From contig MQRK01245632.1 in NCBI GenBank assembly GCA_001938485.1, positions 1-50,078 of the forward strand: a stretch of 50,078 bases of DNA, given 5' to 3'. The notes under the pieces are model-generated. The model was given only the letters and a program-made list of their open reading frames with translations, was not told the origin of the DNA and made no database searches. Positions 47,869 to 50,078 of the stretch are shown here, one piece after another. A program made the translations under genes and the position numbers. Numbering within the stretch: the first letter of the stretch is position 1; each line of letters starts with the position of its first letter. The DNA comes from Girardia tigrina (lineage: Eukaryota).

Positions 47869-48300
47869 ATGATGCTTCTTTTCAAATTAGTACCAACTAC
47901 CTGTAACAGAGCTTTAAAAAATTATAGTTTTACACATGAAAAAATGGTCAAGTATAACCTATGTTCCAAGATTACGACAATTCATCCTTGGAAAACAAAC
48001 CTCTCTAGACATTTTACAAATTTTTACTCTTACCAGACAGTATTCAGACAAAACAATAAAACGTGTTCAGACAAAATAAGAGATCTAATATCAAATTTTA
48101 TTTATCTCGATTTACATGCAATCAGTAGTTTAAATGGTACTGGTTTTCGAGAGCTATGGCGGTTCTTGGAGTCAAATTTTAAGATTCCTTCCCACGCACA
48201 TTTGTCACTGTTGATTGCTTAAAAACATGAAATTGGAAAGAAAAAACTAAAAATATAATCAGCAATTGCTCATCACTGGAAATAAATATGGATCCTAAGA
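47869..48300 (+). mobile_element. hAT (Ac/ZBED-like) transposase fragment
   Basis: Degenerate BED finger (VKYNLCSK...TNLSRH) followed by IRDLISNFIYLDLHAISSLNGTGFRELWRFLESNFKIPSH, matching the hAT FIxxDLxPxSxVEGxGFxxLLxxLEPxYxIPSR block. Confidence 0.75.
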
Positions 48301-50078
48301 CAAGTTTTACAAAAGCGTATAAATTTTATTTGTAATAATAAAGTATATATATAATTAATCATAAAAACCATTAAAAATTATTTTATATTTAAAAAATAAT
48401 TTCAATAATTTTAGAAATATCTCAAAATAATCATTTAATTAAGAAAAAAGAAAATTAAATTGTAATTTTCCTCCTTAAACCGAGAATTTCTTTCCACCCA
48501 TTTTTCGATGATAATTATTTGGGATATTTTTCAATTCAATAAATTTTTAATAAACGAATTTAAAGATTAAGATTTAAGATTGTAAAATTTATTTAAATAT
48601 TTTATTCACTTTTTAGTGCAAATTTCATTTTGTAAAATAAATTTTATCTTTAACGATTTTCTGGATATTTAAATTAATCGTTGATAGAAAATCAAATTTT
48701 GTTATGATTAAATAATTAAATTCTATGTTTATGATTTTTTGGTCACAGGGGATTTTTGGAAATTAAATATATAATTTATATTTCTTATTAATAATAAAAC
48801 GCGTTTTAATTTTTTTGACTTAATTTACTTATTATTATTATTATTATTATTATCAATATTATTGTTAGAAGAAATCAGAATTTTCCTCGATAAAAATTTT
48901 GTGATAAAAGTCTGAGTTCATTTTTATATTGGAATCTTTCTTAAATCTTGCATATCTTTTCTAAGTTGTAAGCCTTTAAAATAATCCCAAATTCATTTAT
49001 TTAAACAATCATTAATTTAATTTTATTTAATACATTTTAATTAAATTTCGACAAACTATTTAAAAGTTATTTTATAAATTCGGTAATTACTTTCGGGAGA
49101 GATAACATACTTCAAAACATACGACATGTTATAAACTTTCGGTGAACTTTATATTTTTGAATATTTAAAATGTAAAATCATATTTATAGTTAAAATAAGT
49201 TCAAATAATTTATTTACATTTTATCATAAGTTTTTAGAAAAGTAATTTAAAAATAAAATTTTAATTGAAAGGGAATTTTTCAGTTAATGATAAAATAAAT
49301 ATTTTAGAAAAACAATTTTTTGACATTGAAATTTAAATCGGAAATTATTTTTATAATTAATATAAAAAATATATATTTTGGATAAACAAAATTTGTAAAT
49401 AAATTTTTAATTTATTATGCAAATTTTTTTAAAATAAAATCACTTTAATATCAAGTATTTTTATATTGATATTTATATTTAGAATTGTAAAAATCTGGTT
49501 TAAAAATTGTAATTGTCAGTCAAAAAACTTTCAAAAACATTGTCCCTTGACAAAACAAAAATTTAAATCAAAAATCGTAAAAAATTAAATTCAAAGCGTA
49601 AGTTTTTTGAGAAATATTCACTGGGGGCACAAGCAATCTGGAATGGTGCCGAAACACAGTAACTTTTGTTGCGGATAAAATTAGTTATTTTTCCATGTTT
49701 TTTTTAAATTGCAAATTTCCATTACCACCGATAAATGGATAGATTTTTTTATGAAACGATATTTGTTTCCAAAAATCCATTTTGCTAAATTGAACTATTA
49801 TTTCGGATAGATTCCTGGTCAGATTAGTTGTAATTATCAAAAAACGATAGATATAATTAGAGGATGTCTCCAAGAATTTAATATTATTTCTATTAAGAAC
49901 ATTTAATCAAGTCCCGTTTGAATTTTTATTACTATCACATTAATAATAATAATAATAACACATAATAACACATTTGGCCAATGCAAAACAATCCCACACC
50001 GACAAAATACATTTTGTTTTGAATTCCTTCGTTCTTTTCAAGTTGTTCAAAAAGTGATTGATTTTAACGTCAGAATAT

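Noticed and set aside
1-50078. CRISPR arrays, rRNA, snRNA, telomeric repeats, prokaryotic operons
   Set aside because: No regularly spaced repeats or recognisable conserved RNA motifs were seen; the content is eukaryotic.

Overview
Very AT-rich eukaryotic genomic DNA, probably from an invertebrate, from a draft assembly with N gaps near 22548-22597, 25062-25111, 38184-38334 and 43853-43902. The window is essentially a transposon graveyard. Retroelements: (i) an R2-like (RLE-clade) non-LTR retrotransposon whose RT runs off the left edge; (ii) a truncated Ty3/Gypsy gag-protease with PBS; (iii) many Penelope-like element (PLE) fragments with RT, GIY-YIG endonuclease and pLTR pieces; (iv) an APE-type (RTE-like) LINE 5' end. 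DNA transposons: five TIR-bounded mariners (one with an intact 348-aa D,D34D ORF), decayed mariner, Tc1-like, hAT and PHD-bearing transposon remnants, MITEs and Helentron/HINE-like repeats. No complete host gene is evident, only short candidate exons, several of them disabled. The least obvious signals are self-cleaving ribozyme motifs: at least five minimal type-I hammerheads at PLE ends, and an HDV-like ribozyme at the exact 5' end of the RTE-like LINE. Four of these lie within 2.3 kb. There is also an isolated GC-rich island of about 330 bp that reads as a disabled RIM/Piccolo-type PDZ domain. All family assignments were made by eye from motifs; no database searches were run.
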